Positions 46,365 through 56,260 of a stretch of 64,000 bases of DNA are shown piece by piece. Within the stretch, counting starts at the first letter, position 1, and each line of letters opens with the position of its first letter. Position numbers and translations under genes: made by a program. The DNA lies in the NCBI GenBank assembly GCA_937861125.1, contig CALMAY010000038.1, forward strand, positions 27,942 through 91,941, written 5' to 3'. A model generated the notes under the pieces. That model saw nothing but the letters and a program-made list of their open reading frames with translations, made no database searches and was not told where the DNA came from. Source of the stretch: an uncultured bacterium. Lineage in GTDB: Bacteria; Patescibacteriota; Patescibacteriia; Magasanikbacterales; UBA922.

Positions 46365-47057
46365 ATGACTATATCAGAACGACAACAACATATTTTACGC
46401 CTCGTGATTGAGGAGTTTATTGCTACTGCTGAGCCGGTTGGGTCTCAGTCTTTGACTGACAATAAAGACCTCGATGTTTCAGCTGCGACGATTCGCAATG
46501 AGCTTCGTGATCTCGAGGATCTAGGCTTTTTGACTCATCCACACACGAGTGCTGGACGTATGCCGACAGAGCAGGGATATCGATACTATGTCGATACACT
46601 TATGAAGCCAAAGGCGCCGAGCAGTGGGGAAGTTGAGGCGATAGCGAGATGCGTGGCGCAGTGTAGCGATGTTGAGCAGGCACAAAAGCAGGTGGCACAG
46701 TATATCGCCACATCACTCCAAGACGCAGTGATTATCGTGCGAGGTCGTGAACGGCTGTACTATACTGGACTTTCGGCGCTCTTTACTCAGCGTGAGTTTC
46801 AAGACTACAGTTATACTATCTCGGTTTCACAGATATTTGATCATTTTGAACAAAACCTTGATCAGATGTATGACTGTATCACTAGTGTGGGTCCACAGAC
46901 CTGTATCGGGAGTCAAAACCCACTTGGGAGTACGACGAGTCTGGTGGGGACGCGGATGGGGGAGAATGATCTGTTTCTCATCTTTGGTCCACTCCGACTC
47001 GATTATGCGCGAGCGGTCGGAACTATTAACTATTTAACACAAGTGCTTTCTCAATAA
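46365..47057 (+). CDS. hrcA: Heat-inducible transcription repressor HrcA.
   Basis: N-terminal wHTH ERQQHILRLVIEEFIATAEPVGSQSL. Start set at the ATG just after CIRCE; in-frame upstream ATG/TTG candidates at 46353 and 46293 lie inside the promoter. Confidence 0.85.
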   Translation: MTISERQQHILRLVIEEFIATAEPVGSQSLTDNKDLDVSAATIRNELRDLEDLGFLTHPHTSAGRMPTEQGYRYYVDTLMKPKAPSSGEVEAIARCVAQCSDVEQAQKQVAQYIATSLQDAVIIVRGRERLYYTGLSALFTQREFQDYSYTISVSQIFDHFEQNLDQMYDCITSVGPQTCIGSQNPLGSTTSLVGTRMGENDLFLIFGPLRLDYARAVGTINYLTQVLSQ

Positions 47058-47072
47058 TGTTTTTTATACAAT

Positions 47073-47609
47073 ATGTCTGATGAACAAACACAACAACCTC
47101 TTGATGAGCAGTTGGATCAAGATGGTGTACAGCAATCAGAGGTGCAAGAAGAAATAATGTCAAAACCAACAGAAGAAAATATTGACTACAAAGACAAGTG
47201 GCTCCGTGCGCAGGCGGACTATAGTAATCTGGTCAAAGAAACCAATGCACGTCGAGCTGAGTGGGTCGCATACAGTGAAGCACAGATTCTCGAAGAGTTT
47301 CTTCCTGTATATGATAATTTTTGCAAAGCCTTTGCGCATGAGATAAAAAACGGTGAAAAAGATTTTGAGAGTTGGAAAAAAGGAATTGAGTACATCATGC
47401 AGCAATTTTGGACAGTGCTCAAAAATCACAATATAGAGAAAATTGAGACAAGCGGAAAACAATTTGATCCAAATATGCACGAGGCAGTGGGTCAAGAGAG
47501 TGTAGAGGGGAAACAGGAAGGTGATATTATTCGTGAGGTTGATCCTGGATATAGTATGAGAGGAAAGGTGATCAAGGTGGCGAAGGTGATTACAAATACT
47601 ACACATTAA
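47073..47609 (+). CDS. grpE: Nucleotide exchange factor GrpE.
   Basis: KDKWLRAQADYSN.RKR and the C-terminal beta-sheet domain motifs. Confidence 0.85.
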   Translation: MSDEQTQQPLDEQLDQDGVQQSEVQEEIMSKPTEENIDYKDKWLRAQADYSNLVKETNARRAEWVAYSEAQILEEFLPVYDNFCKAFAHEIKNGEKDFESWKKGIEYIMQQFWTVLKNHNIEKIETSGKQFDPNMHEAVGQESVEGKQEGDIIREVDPGYSMRGKVIKVAKVITNTTH

Positions 47610-47611
47610 TT

Positions 47612-48082
47612 ATGTTAACTTCTAATTATATGAATATGGCCGAAAGAGGAATTATACATGAGTTTCCCCGTTCTGAGTCTCAGTCTTTTGAGGATTTACA
47701 GTTGTCACTTATTATTGAGGCTACAGATAATGCCCGTGCAAACAATCCAGCATATTCGTATAAGGACAGTATTCGTCAATTGGTTGATGAAGGAAAAATT
47801 GTACGTGCTGATCTTGAAAGGCTTGCTGAAGAGATAGATAAAAAAATAAAAGACCACTCATATTTTGATGATTTATCTGGTGAACAGTTAGAAGCTGTAG
47901 AAGCTGTACGAGATTATCTTGATACTGCAGTATTTGGAACGGGTTCTCTTGGTAAAGAGTTAGATCGCGATGCAGATCCAGGAATAGAGATAATTGGTAG
48001 GCCTGCAGCTACACGTAATAATAGTGACACGGAGCTAGAAATAGATGAGGATCTCGGGCTTGGTGTCAAAGATGCTGCATAA
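47612..48082 (+). CDS. Hypothetical acidic protein encoded inside the heat-shock operon.
   Basis: 156-aa ORF between grpE and hsp20; no recognisable family. Confidence 0.4.
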   Translation: MLTSNYMNMAERGIIHEFPRSESQSFEDLQLSLIIEATDNARANNPAYSYKDSIRQLVDEGKIVRADLERLAEEIDKKIKDHSYFDDLSGEQLEAVEAVRDYLDTAVFGTGSLGKELDRDADPGIEIIGRPAATRNNSDTELEIDEDLGLGVKDAA

Positions 48083-48116
48083 AATTTTTTAATCTCAATC
48101 TTAATCTTTTATTCAT

Positions 48117-48560
48117 ATGTCACTCATTCGTTTCTCCCCAATGTGGGACCCATTCTCAGAGATGGAAGAGGTGATGAATCGCCTCCCAGCAACAGTCGGT
48201 CAAAACAGCATGCAGGCATTTGTGCCAGCGGTCAATGTCTATGAGACCAAAGAGGCTGTGGTGGTTGAGTCAGCGCTCGCGGGGATTGACCCAAACAATG
48301 TCGAAGTCAGTGTTGAAAACGGACTCTTGAGTATCTCAGGAGATACAAAAAAAGAACACGAAGTAGAAGAAAAAAACTACTATCGTAAAGAAGTTCGTAG
48401 TGGTAGTTTCCGCCGTCAGATTCCACTTCCTACTGCAGTGGATGAAGAAAAAGTAGAAGCAGTGTTTGAAGATGGAATGCTCAAAATTACTTGTCCAAAA
48501 GTGTCTGTGGTTGAACCAAAAAAGATTAGTGTGAAGGTGGTGAAGAAAGAGAAGAAATAA
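48117..48560 (+). CDS. Hsp20/alpha-crystallin small heat-shock protein.
   Basis: Alpha-crystallin domain with the GMLKITCPK-type C-terminal strand and IXI-like tail. Confidence 0.8.
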   Translation: MSLIRFSPMWDPFSEMEEVMNRLPATVGQNSMQAFVPAVNVYETKEAVVVESALAGIDPNNVEVSVENGLLSISGDTKKEHEVEEKNYYRKEVRSGSFRRQIPLPTAVDEEKVEAVFEDGMLKITCPKVSVVEPKKISVKVVKKEKK

Positions 48561-48568
48561 AATAACGT

Positions 48569-49048
48569 ATGACTATTCGTCCATATCAAGAACAAGATAA
48601 ATCTAGAATTGTACAATTGTTTCAGGATTTTCAGACATATCTTGCTAATTTGGATCCGATGGGGTTAATTCAGGTGGATCCGCGGTATGGATCATTGAAA
48701 GTACAAGAGTTGATAACACAATTGAACGAAGAGAATATATTTCTTGTCGCTCAAGAAGATAGTATCGTAATAGGATGTGTTCTTGTTTCTATATATACGA
48801 CAAATGATATTGAAAAAATCGAATGGTCTGTAGAAAAGTATGGTGAAATAAAGGAGTTGTTTGTGGACGTGGAGTATCGTGCAAAAGGAGTTGGAAAAAA
48901 ACTCGTTGAGGCAGCGGAACAATATGTAAAAGAAAAAGGATGTGGTGCGATGTTTATCGAAGTATTCTTGCCAAATACATCAGCAAAACAGTTTTACGAA
49001 AAGCTTGGTTATGAAGATAGAAGTGTAGAAATGATGAAATTACTTTAA
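48569..49048 (+). CDS. GNAT-family N-acetyltransferase.
   Basis: V..EYRAKGVGKKLVE (Q/RxxGxG/A acetyl-CoA loop) motif A. Confidence 0.7.
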   Translation: MTIRPYQEQDKSRIVQLFQDFQTYLANLDPMGLIQVDPRYGSLKVQELITQLNEENIFLVAQEDSIVIGCVLVSIYTTNDIEKIEWSVEKYGEIKELFVDVEYRAKGVGKKLVEAAEQYVKEKGCGAMFIEVFLPNTSAKQFYEKLGYEDRSVEMMKLL

Positions 49049-49082
49049 AAATTAGTATTTACTAATTACAAATTATTAATAT

Positions 49083-51017
49083 ATGCCAAAAGTATTAGGA
49101 ATTGACCTCGGAACAACAAACAGTTGTATGGCCATCATCGAGGGTGGTCAGCCAAAAGTCCTCGAAAACAAAGAAGGAGATCGTACAACACCAAGTATGA
49201 TTGCACAGAGTAAGACAGGTGAACGATTGGTCGGAAAACTCGCCAAACGTCAGGCAGTGACTAATCCAAAAAACACGCTTTACTCAGTCAAACGTCTCAT
49301 CGGTCGCCGTAGTGGTGACAAAGAGGTGACATACGTCAAGGAACATGCGCCATACGAAGTGGTCGCAGACGGTGATCGCGTCAAAGTCAAACTCGGTGAT
49401 GAGGCCAAGACTGCACCAGAAATTTCAGCCATGGTGTTGCAGAAACTCAAAGCTGATGCAGAAGAACGTTTGGGTGAAAAAATTACTCAGGCTGTTATTA
49501 CTGTGCCAGCGTACTTTGACGACTCACAGCGTCAGGCAACCAAAGATGCAGGTGCAATTGCAGGGCTCGAAGTGCTTCGTATTATCAACGAGCCAACTGC
49601 TGCAGCCTTTGCTTACGGATTTGACAAAACTGGTGAGCAAAAGATTTTGGTCTATGATCTAGGTGGTGGTACATTTGATGTCTCAGTGCTTGAAATCTCA
49701 CATGACAAAGAAACGAACCAATCAACGGTAGAAGTACTCGCCACAAATGGTGATACACACCTCGGAGGAGATGACTTTGATAAAGTCTTGATTCAATATA
49801 TCCTCGATACATTCAAAAAAGATGAAGGAGTAGATCTCAGTAAAGACCCACTCTCACTTCAGCGCATCAAAGAAGCTGCTGAGAAGGCAAAAATTGAGCT
49901 CTCAACAGCACAGGAAACTGAAATCAACGAACCATTTATCACATCAACTGCGGACGGTCCAAAACATCTCAACATCAAACTCTCTCGTGCAAAACTCGAA
50001 GAGTTGGTGATGGATTTGGTGGACAAGACGATGGTGCCAGTGAAAAAAGCACTTGAGGACTCAGGAGTAGACAAGGGTGCGATTAACGAAATCGTGATGG
50101 TCGGTGGTATGACTCGCATGCCACTCGTGCTCAAAAAAGTAGAAGAGTTCTTTGGTAAAAAACCAAACGTCAGTGTGAACCCAGATGAGGTGGTGGCAAT
50201 TGGTGCTGCAATTCAGGCTGGACAGCTCCAGGGTGATCTTGGTAAAGAAATTCTCTTGCTTGATGTCACACCACTTTCATTTGGTATTGAAACTATGGGT
50301 GGAGTATGTACCAAGATTATCGAGCGAAATACCACAATCCCAACAAGTAAATCACAAGTGTTTAGTACAGCAGCAGACAATCAGCCAAGTGTCGAGATCA
50401 AGGTGCTCCAGGGTGAGCGTCAGATGGCTGCGGACAACAAGATGCTTGGGGTATTTCACCTCGATGGTATCCCTATGGCGCCACGTGGCGTGCCACAGAT
50501 TGAAGTGACCTTTGATATCGATGCCAACGGTATTCTCAATGTAAAAGCAAAGGATAAAGGCACAAACAAAGAACAATCAATCCGTATCGAAGCATCATCA
50601 GGTCTCAGTAAAGAAGAGATTGAGCGTATGAAAAAAGATGCAGAGATGCATGCAGATGAGGACAAGAAAAAAGGTGAGCTGGTAGAAGCACGAAATATCG
50701 CTGACACGATGATCTATACATCTGAAAAAATGATGAAAGATATCGCTGAGAAAAACATTGCTATTACTGATGATGAGAAAAAAGCGGTCGAGGATGCTAT
50801 CACAAAGCTCAAAGAAGTGAAAGATAAAGATGATCTCGAAGCGATCAAGGCTGCGAGTGAGGTGCTCAGTAAAGCTGGCCAAGCAGTCGGACAAAAAATG
50901 TACGCTGCGGAGCAGGGAGCAAAGGGCGGTGATCAGGGTTCAGGAAATCAACCAAACGGTGACTCAAAAAATGAAGGTCCTGTTGAAGGGGAAGTGGTGG
51001 ATGATAAAAAAGAATAA
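49083..51017 (+). CDS. dnaK: Molecular chaperone DnaK (Hsp70).
   Basis: [29 protein letters not shown] and EEVD-less bacterial C-terminus. Confidence 0.97.
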   Translation: MPKVLGIDLGTTNSCMAIIEGGQPKVLENKEGDRTTPSMIAQSKTGERLVGKLAKRQAVTNPKNTLYSVKRLIGRRSGDKEVTYVKEHAPYEVVADGDRVKVKLGDEAKTAPEISAMVLQKLKADAEERLGEKITQAVITVPAYFDDSQRQATKDAGAIAGLEVLRIINEPTAAAFAYGFDKTGEQKILVYDLGGGTFDVSVLEISHDKETNQSTVEVLATNGDTHLGGDDFDKVLIQYILDTFKKDEGVDLSKDPLSLQRIKEAAEKAKIELSTAQETEINEPFITSTADGPKHLNIKLSRAKLEELVMDLVDKTMVPVKKALEDSGVDKGAINEIVMVGGMTRMPLVLKKVEEFFGKKPNVSVNPDEVVAIGAAIQAGQLQGDLGKEILLLDVTPLSFGIETMGGVCTKIIERNTTIPTSKSQVFSTAADNQPSVEIKVLQGERQMAADNKMLGVFHLDGIPMAPRGVPQIEVTFDIDANGILNVKAKDKGTNKEQSIRIEASSGLSKEEIERMKKDAEMHADEDKKKGELVEARNIADTMIYTSEKMMKDIAEKNIAITDDEKKAVEDAITKLKEVKDKDDLEAIKAASEVLSKAGQAVGQKMYAAEQGAKGGDQGSGNQPNGDSKNEGPVEGEVVDDKKE

Positions 51018-51101
51018 TAGTTTTCTCTACTTCAGCCTGTCTAAAGGAAACTTTGGACAGGTGATTGTGAAGAGAATTAATTCTTGGTATACTAGTGTTA
51101 T

Positions 51102-51293
51102 ATGCGTGAACATTTTCATCTCTACAAACGAAATCATCGCCGTACTATTCTTGCTACTGGGATGTTTTTCTTATATTTCTTAACAATTGGTGTTGCTGGG
51201 TGGCTCGGTATGGACCCAAATGGGATTTGGATTATTGGCGGGTTGTTTGTGATTGTAACGTTGGTGATGGAGGCAATGTTTGAACACTATTAA
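51102..51293 (+). CDS. Small two-helix membrane protein (63 aa) between dnaK and dnaJ.
   Basis: Short ORF with two hydrophobic helices; it may be co-transcribed with dnaJ. Confidence 0.3.
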   Translation: MREHFHLYKRNHRRTILATGMFFLYFLTIGVAGWLGMDPNGIWIIGGLFVIVTLVMEAMFEHY

Positions 51294-51319
51294 TAGGTGC
51301 GGCGTTGTATTGATTCTTT

Positions 51320-52411
51320 ATGTCTAAAGACTATTACAAAATTCTTGGTGTTGAAAAAAATGCTTCAGCAGATGAGATAAAGAAATCCTTTCGTAAGCTC
51401 GCACATCAATATCATCCAGATAAACAAGGTGGTGATGAGACAAAATTCAAGGAGATCAACGAAGCATACCAAGTATTGAGCGATACAGACAAGCGTCAAA
51501 AATACGATCAGTTTGGCTCTGATTTTGAACAGCAGGGCGGTTTTGGTGGTGGTGCTGGGTGGGATGATTTTATGCGTGCGGCTCGCGGTGGCGGCGGATC
51601 TGGATTTAATTTTAACTTCGGTGGGGACATAGGGGATATTTTTGGTGATTTTTTTGGTGGTGGATCTCGTGGTGGCCGTCAAAAGCGTGGAAACGACATA
51701 CAAGTTGATGTAGAACTTTCATTTTCTGAGGCGGCATTTGGTATTGAGCGTGAGATACAGTTGACCAAAAATAATGCTTGTGATGTTTGTGAAGGAAGTG
51801 GAGCTGAACCCGGAGCAGGATTTGAGAATTGTGCTACGTGTGGTGGCCGAGGACAGACAGTACAGGTACAGCGAACTATTTTGGGTGCGATGCAGGTGGC
51901 TGTACAGTGTACTGATTGTCAGGGACAAGGAAAGCGACCAAAAAAGAAATGTAAGCATTGTGGTGGCGATGGAGTAGTACGCAGTGATACAAAACTTACT
52001 GTCAAAATTCCTGGTGGTATCGATGATGGTCAATCTATTCGTCTCTCTGGAAAAGGGGAGAGTATTGGTGCAAATGGGCAGGCTGGAGATCTCTATATCG
52101 TGGTGCATGTGAAATCGGACAAGCGATTTGAGCGTGATGGATTTGACGTCTATACCGAAACTCGGATACCATACCCACTGGCAGTGCTCGGTGGTGAGAC
52201 AGATGTGGAGACGCTCGATGGTACAAAGACGATCAAGATTCCAGAGGGAACACAGTCACACACACAGATTCGTCTGAGAGGCTATGGCACCAAGACGGTC
52301 AATCGTGAAGACCGAGGAGATCTGTTTGTCAAAGTGATTGTGGATGTGCCAAAAAAAATAAGTAAACAAGCAAAAAAATTACTTGATGAATTACGTCAGG
52401 AATTATCTTAA
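51320..52411 (+). CDS. dnaJ: Molecular chaperone DnaJ.
   Basis: J-domain HPD motif (YHPDK), G/F-rich linker, four CxxCxGxG zinc-finger repeats. Confidence 0.95.
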   Translation: MSKDYYKILGVEKNASADEIKKSFRKLAHQYHPDKQGGDETKFKEINEAYQVLSDTDKRQKYDQFGSDFEQQGGFGGGAGWDDFMRAARGGGGSGFNFNFGGDIGDIFGDFFGGGSRGGRQKRGNDIQVDVELSFSEAAFGIEREIQLTKNNACDVCEGSGAEPGAGFENCATCGGRGQTVQVQRTILGAMQVAVQCTDCQGQGKRPKKKCKHCGGDGVVRSDTKLTVKIPGGIDDGQSIRLSGKGESIGANGQAGDLYIVVHVKSDKRFERDGFDVYTETRIPYPLAVLGGETDVETLDGTKTIKIPEGTQSHTQIRLRGYGTKTVNREDRGDLFVKVIVDVPKKISKQAKKLLDELRQELS

Positions 52412-52417
52412 AACACT

Positions 52418-52918
52418 ATGTGGTTTCCGCTTCCAGTAGGAAATACGACTATTCTCGTTGGGTTTGCGGTGTTATTGTTCCTTCATTTTTTGTTTGTCAG
52501 TAAATCGCGGTTGTTTATCGATATGGTGGCGGTATACGCAGCACTGTTGTTACTCTGGGTGTTGCCGTTGTTTGTTTCGTCTATTGCTACACTCTTTAGT
52601 ACACAACCATTCGCTCGTATTTTTTCCTTTTTTGCGATAGTCGCACTACTTCATATTGTGCTTTGGCATAGTAATTTGCGTGAGCCATCCACGCTTATTC
52701 GTCCATTTATGTTTGCGACGTCAGTGGTGTATCGGGTGAGTGTCGTTGGGCTGTTTGTTACCACTCTTGTCTATCTTTTGCCCGAAGCGTTTCGTGGAGT
52801 GATTTCTGGTTGGGTGGGGTTCATGTTCGCAAGTTATGCTGGCTTACTCATCTGGTTGTTACTGCCAGCGCTTCTAGCCTTTACCTATCGATTTCACGCC
52901 AAAAATGGCTGGTTCTAG
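52418..52918 (+). CDS. Hypothetical polytopic membrane protein.
   Basis: 166 aa, five hydrophobic helices. Confidence 0.4.
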   Translation: MWFPLPVGNTTILVGFAVLLFLHFLFVSKSRLFIDMVAVYAALLLLWVLPLFVSSIATLFSTQPFARIFSFFAIVALLHIVLWHSNLREPSTLIRPFMFATSVVYRVSVVGLFVTTLVYLLPEAFRGVISGWVGFMFASYAGLLIWLLLPALLAFTYRFHAKNGWF

Positions 52919-53020
52919 TCCTCTCTTCAAGTATTATCTCAACACCCTGTAACAAACAGGGTGTTTTGACGTATAATACAGCATAAGACACTCAATGCAT
53001 TGCACTTCTTATCCCTACAT

Positions 53021-53569
53021 ATGATTCACACAAATACAGTACCGGCCCAAGACGCTTTGTTTCTCTCTTGGTATGACAGCTATGCGGCTGACATCTATCG
53101 GTACGTTATCCTTCGTATTGGCGTCAAAGAGGTGGCGGAGGACATTGTTAGCGAGATCTTTCTCTCAGCCTGGAAACATCGAGCACGGTACAATTCAGGC
53201 AAGGCAAGTGCGAAAACTTGGTTATTTACTATTGCCAAGAATGCGCTGATTGATCACTATCGCAAAACGAAACCACAGTCAGAGCTGTTTGAAAACATCA
53301 AAGACGGTACTGATTTGATGGAGACGATACACTGGAATCTGCTCTCAGATGAGATACAAGTAGCATTACAAAAATTAACTAAAGAACAACGTGAGATAGT
53401 AGAACTACGTGTGTGGCATGGATTTTCTCACGCAGAGATTGCTCAGCTTGTATCCAAAGATGAACGAGCGGTACGTGTGATGTTTCATCGATCTCTACAG
53501 TCGCTCAAAAAACATATTTCCCCACAGTCATATTTATCATTTCTCTTTTTCCCATTTTTATTTTCTTAA
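53021..53569 (+). CDS. ECF-subfamily RNA polymerase sigma factor (sigma-70 regions 2 and 4).
   Basis: Region 2 IVSEIFLSAWKHRARY..WLFTIAKNALIDHYRK and region 4 LTKEQREIVELRVWHGFSHAEIAQL; the track ORF starts at a TTG at 53000, the ATG is at 53021. Confidence 0.8.
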   Translation: MIHTNTVPAQDALFLSWYDSYAADIYRYVILRIGVKEVAEDIVSEIFLSAWKHRARYNSGKASAKTWLFTIAKNALIDHYRKTKPQSELFENIKDGTDLMETIHWNLLSDEIQVALQKLTKEQREIVELRVWHGFSHAEIAQLVSKDERAVRVMFHRSLQSLKKHISPQSYLSFLFFPFLFS

Positions 53570-53570
53570 T

Positions 53571-55127
53571 ATGAACAAACTTGATATTCAAAATATTGTC
53601 GAGGATATCCTTCGACTGGACCCGACACTCGTGTCCAAAAAAGCAGAACTAGAAAAACTTATTACTGCAATGCTTGCGCAAAAACCAAATATTACTGTAG
53701 ATGATGCATTCCTCTCACGTCTGCGCAGTCGTCTGGTGGATCAGATCGAAGAATCTCAGTCAAAATCATTTTCATTTGGTCAATTATTTGTCTCACATAA
53801 ACTGGTATTTGCTGGAGCACTTGGGTGTTTGACTGTGGGGATTGTGTCGGCGTCATTATTGTACTCGCCAACACAACATATAAGAATTGCGTCAGTGAAT
53901 GGATTTGGATCGTTGGTAACATCTCCTGCTACAGGAGAAACAGTCACAGCATTATCTGCTAGTGCGCCCACCTCTTTTTCTGCGAGTGACACGAGTGTTG
54001 GGATGGTGGCGCCAGCAGTATCTCGAGCACAATCAGGTGGGGGAGCGGATAATGCCTCAAAAATGATGATATATCCACCAATTGATGGTGAATATGGTCA
54101 GTATTCCTTTGTGTTGCGCGGTGACGTTGCTGTTCCGCCAGAACAAATGGATGTCTATGGGTATCTGCTATCAAATGAGGTAAATCGTATTGTTGATAAG
54201 GCAATGTCAGGATTGTGGGGTGTTGTGTTTACTGAGCGGAGTGTTGATGTGCGAGGACAGAGTTTGGGTGGAACTATCTCAGTTGATTCCGGTTCATATA
54301 TAGTGTCTGTGGATGCACAACGGGGTGTTTTGTATCTTTCACGATTTGAACCGTACACACCTACCGACATTCAATGTTTTCGTGCGCCTTGTGGTGTATA
54401 CCAACCACTTGAAAAGAAAGATATACCAGCAGACGATACTATCATCGGTTGGGCACAATCTTTTGTTGATGAGTTAGGTATTGATGTGTCATCTTTTGGA
54501 GAACCAAAACTTATTCCTCCAGTAATGTATATGATTATGAATGAATCTGGTACATCTGTAGAATCATTTGGAGAGATGGTTGATGTTATATATCCGCTTG
54601 TATTGGATGACATTATGACAGTAGATTCTTCTGGTGTTTCAAATGTTGGCTTGCGTATTTCTATTAATCTTCGTACACAACAGGTACAAAGTATTTCTGA
54701 ATTACCATTAGGTGACCTCGGTTCTTCTACATATACTCTTGTTACTGATGTTGAACGTATTACACAGGTAGCAGAATTGGGTGGGCAGTATGGTATGTGG
54801 GGTATTAAAACAAAAGAGGCAATTGGATTGGGTGCACCAACACTTGTATATACCTCAATTTGGAAACAAGATAAAAATATACCTGAAGGACGTTCATTGT
54901 TGGTACCAGCGTATCGTTTTGATATTGTATACCCAGATGAAATTCGTGATACGCAATTTATGCAGCAGGCGATTGTTATTCCGTTAGAAAAAGAACTGTT
55001 TGAGCAAGCGGAACGTGATGCGCTCAGTCGTCACAATCAAGGTGAGTATCCGGTCCCGATGCCATTTATCAAGACAATGGAAGCTGGGAGTACTGGTGCT
55101 GAAATACTCGTCGATCCTGCTCAATAA
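53571..55127 (+). CDS. Putative anti-sigma factor (single-pass membrane protein with a large extracytoplasmic domain).
   Basis: Its start abuts the sigma gene stop; cytoplasmic N-terminal about 85 aa, one TM helix (LVFAGALGCLTVGIVSASLLY), then a 410-aa external domain. Confidence 0.5.
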   Translation: MNKLDIQNIVEDILRLDPTLVSKKAELEKLITAMLAQKPNITVDDAFLSRLRSRLVDQIEESQSKSFSFGQLFVSHKLVFAGALGCLTVGIVSASLLYSPTQHIRIASVNGFGSLVTSPATGETVTALSASAPTSFSASDTSVGMVAPAVSRAQSGGGADNASKMMIYPPIDGEYGQYSFVLRGDVAVPPEQMDVYGYLLSNEVNRIVDKAMSGLWGVVFTERSVDVRGQSLGGTISVDSGSYIVSVDAQRGVLYLSRFEPYTPTDIQCFRAPCGVYQPLEKKDIPADDTIIGWAQSFVDELGIDVSSFGEPKLIPPVMYMIMNESGTSVESFGEMVDVIYPLVLDDIMTVDSSGVSNVGLRISINLRTQQVQSISELPLGDLGSSTYTLVTDVERITQVAELGGQYGMWGIKTKEAIGLGAPTLVYTSIWKQDKNIPEGRSLLVPAYRFDIVYPDEIRDTQFMQQAIVIPLEKELFEQAERDALSRHNQGEYPVPMPFIKTMEAGSTGAEILVDPAQ

Positions 55128-55146
55128 CCTACACCATGTCGTGGAT

Positions 55147-55176
55147 AAAAAACCCGCTTATGTAAGCGGGTTTTTT
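55147..55176. terminator. Bidirectional intrinsic terminator.
   Basis: AAAAAA-CCCGCTTA-TGT-AAGCGGG-TTTTTT. Confidence 0.75.
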
Positions 55177-55853
55177 GTATTTTGATGTTCTTGTATTTGT
55201 TTGTGTTCCATGTCCATTTGCCAGAGTTCTTTGCTGGTTTTGGATATGACAATGAGTATGCCGATAAGTGAAAAAACAAGGAGATAAGGGAGACTAAATG
55301 CGAGATGTGTTTTGCCAAAGAAAATAAGAAGTGTATTGATCATGATAAATAGCAGGCGAATCTCTGTCGGACCAATACCGAGATAGGTAATTTGAAATCT
55401 ATTTGTGGCAGCAAAACTTAAATAAGAGTTGATCATAAAGCCACTAAAAATAGCGAGGACAAATAACATAAGGATGTTAAACGATGGTGGGAGGATGAGT
55501 GTGTATCCAATGATGATTGCACAGAGAAAAAAGTAATCAAGGAGATGATCCATGTAGTATCCCCACTTGACCAGTCCAGTGTTGCGAGATCTTCCTACTG
55601 CTCCGTCAAGTGAGTCAGTGAGCCACTGTAAAAAGATACAAAAAGAAACGAGCCAGAGCCAGTTGATATTGGTATTAGCAAAATAACTTGCAACGATAAT
55701 GCCGAGTGACCAGACGATAGTGGAGTAGGTGAGTTGAGACGTGCTGATCCAGAGTGGTACTTTTGGTACCGCAAAACGGATGAATGCTTGTTCTGGTTTG
55801 TGGAGTATAGATGTACCAAATTTTTTGTCTCCAGCGAACGGTTGTGTGGACAT
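55158..55853 (-). CDS. CDP-alcohol phosphatidyltransferase family protein.
   Basis: DSLDGAVGRSRNTGLVKWGYYMDHLLDYF matches D-x2-DG-x2-AR-x8-G-x3-G-x3-D-x3-D. Confidence 0.8.
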   Translation of the reverse strand: MSTQPFAGDKKFGTSILHKPEQAFIRFAVPKVPLWISTSQLTYSTIVWSLGIIVASYFANTNINWLWLVSFCIFLQWLTDSLDGAVGRSRNTGLVKWGYYMDHLLDYFFLCAIIIGYTLILPPSFNILMLFVLAIFSGFMINSYLSFAATNRFQITYLGIGPTEIRLLFIMINTLLIFFGKTHLAFSLPYLLVFSLIGILIVISKTSKELWQMDMEHKQIQEHQNTKNPLT

Positions 55854-55854
55854 A

Positions 55855-56259
55855 CTATTGTTGATCAAGAACTTTATTTACCTCAGCATCGGCTTCTTTG
55901 TTGAGCTCACGAGGGATATGTTGGAGAGAGTAGCTTTTGGGGAATGTTTGGAGGAGTTTGTATACCTCTAGTACGAGTGGTTGGAGGCTTGGTTCTTTTA
56001 CCTTCCATCGACCCGATACTTGTTCAATGACGAGTTTACTATCTGCTTTACAGATGATTTTTTCTGCGCCCAACTCTTTGGCTTTTTTGAGTCCTGAGAT
56101 GAGCGCACTATATTCAGCAAAGTTGTTGGTTTGTTCGCCGAGATATTCGCCATAGTTCGCGATTGTTTCATTCGTTTCGTTTTTAATAACAATGCCGGTG
56201 GCGGCTGGACCTGGGTTACCACGGGCACCGCCGTCGGTGTAGAGGGTAAATGTGGACAT
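55855..56259 (-). CDS. rnhA: Ribonuclease HI.
   Basis: LYTDGGARGNPGPAATG and the C-terminal DEED-type catalytic residues; start taken at MSTFTLYTDGG. Confidence 0.8.
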   Translation of the reverse strand: MSTFTLYTDGGARGNPGPAATGIVIKNETNETIANYGEYLGEQTNNFAEYSALISGLKKAKELGAEKIICKADSKLVIEQVSGRWKVKEPSLQPLVLEVYKLLQTFPKSYSLQHIPRELNKEADAEVNKVLDQQ

Positions 56260-56260
56260 A

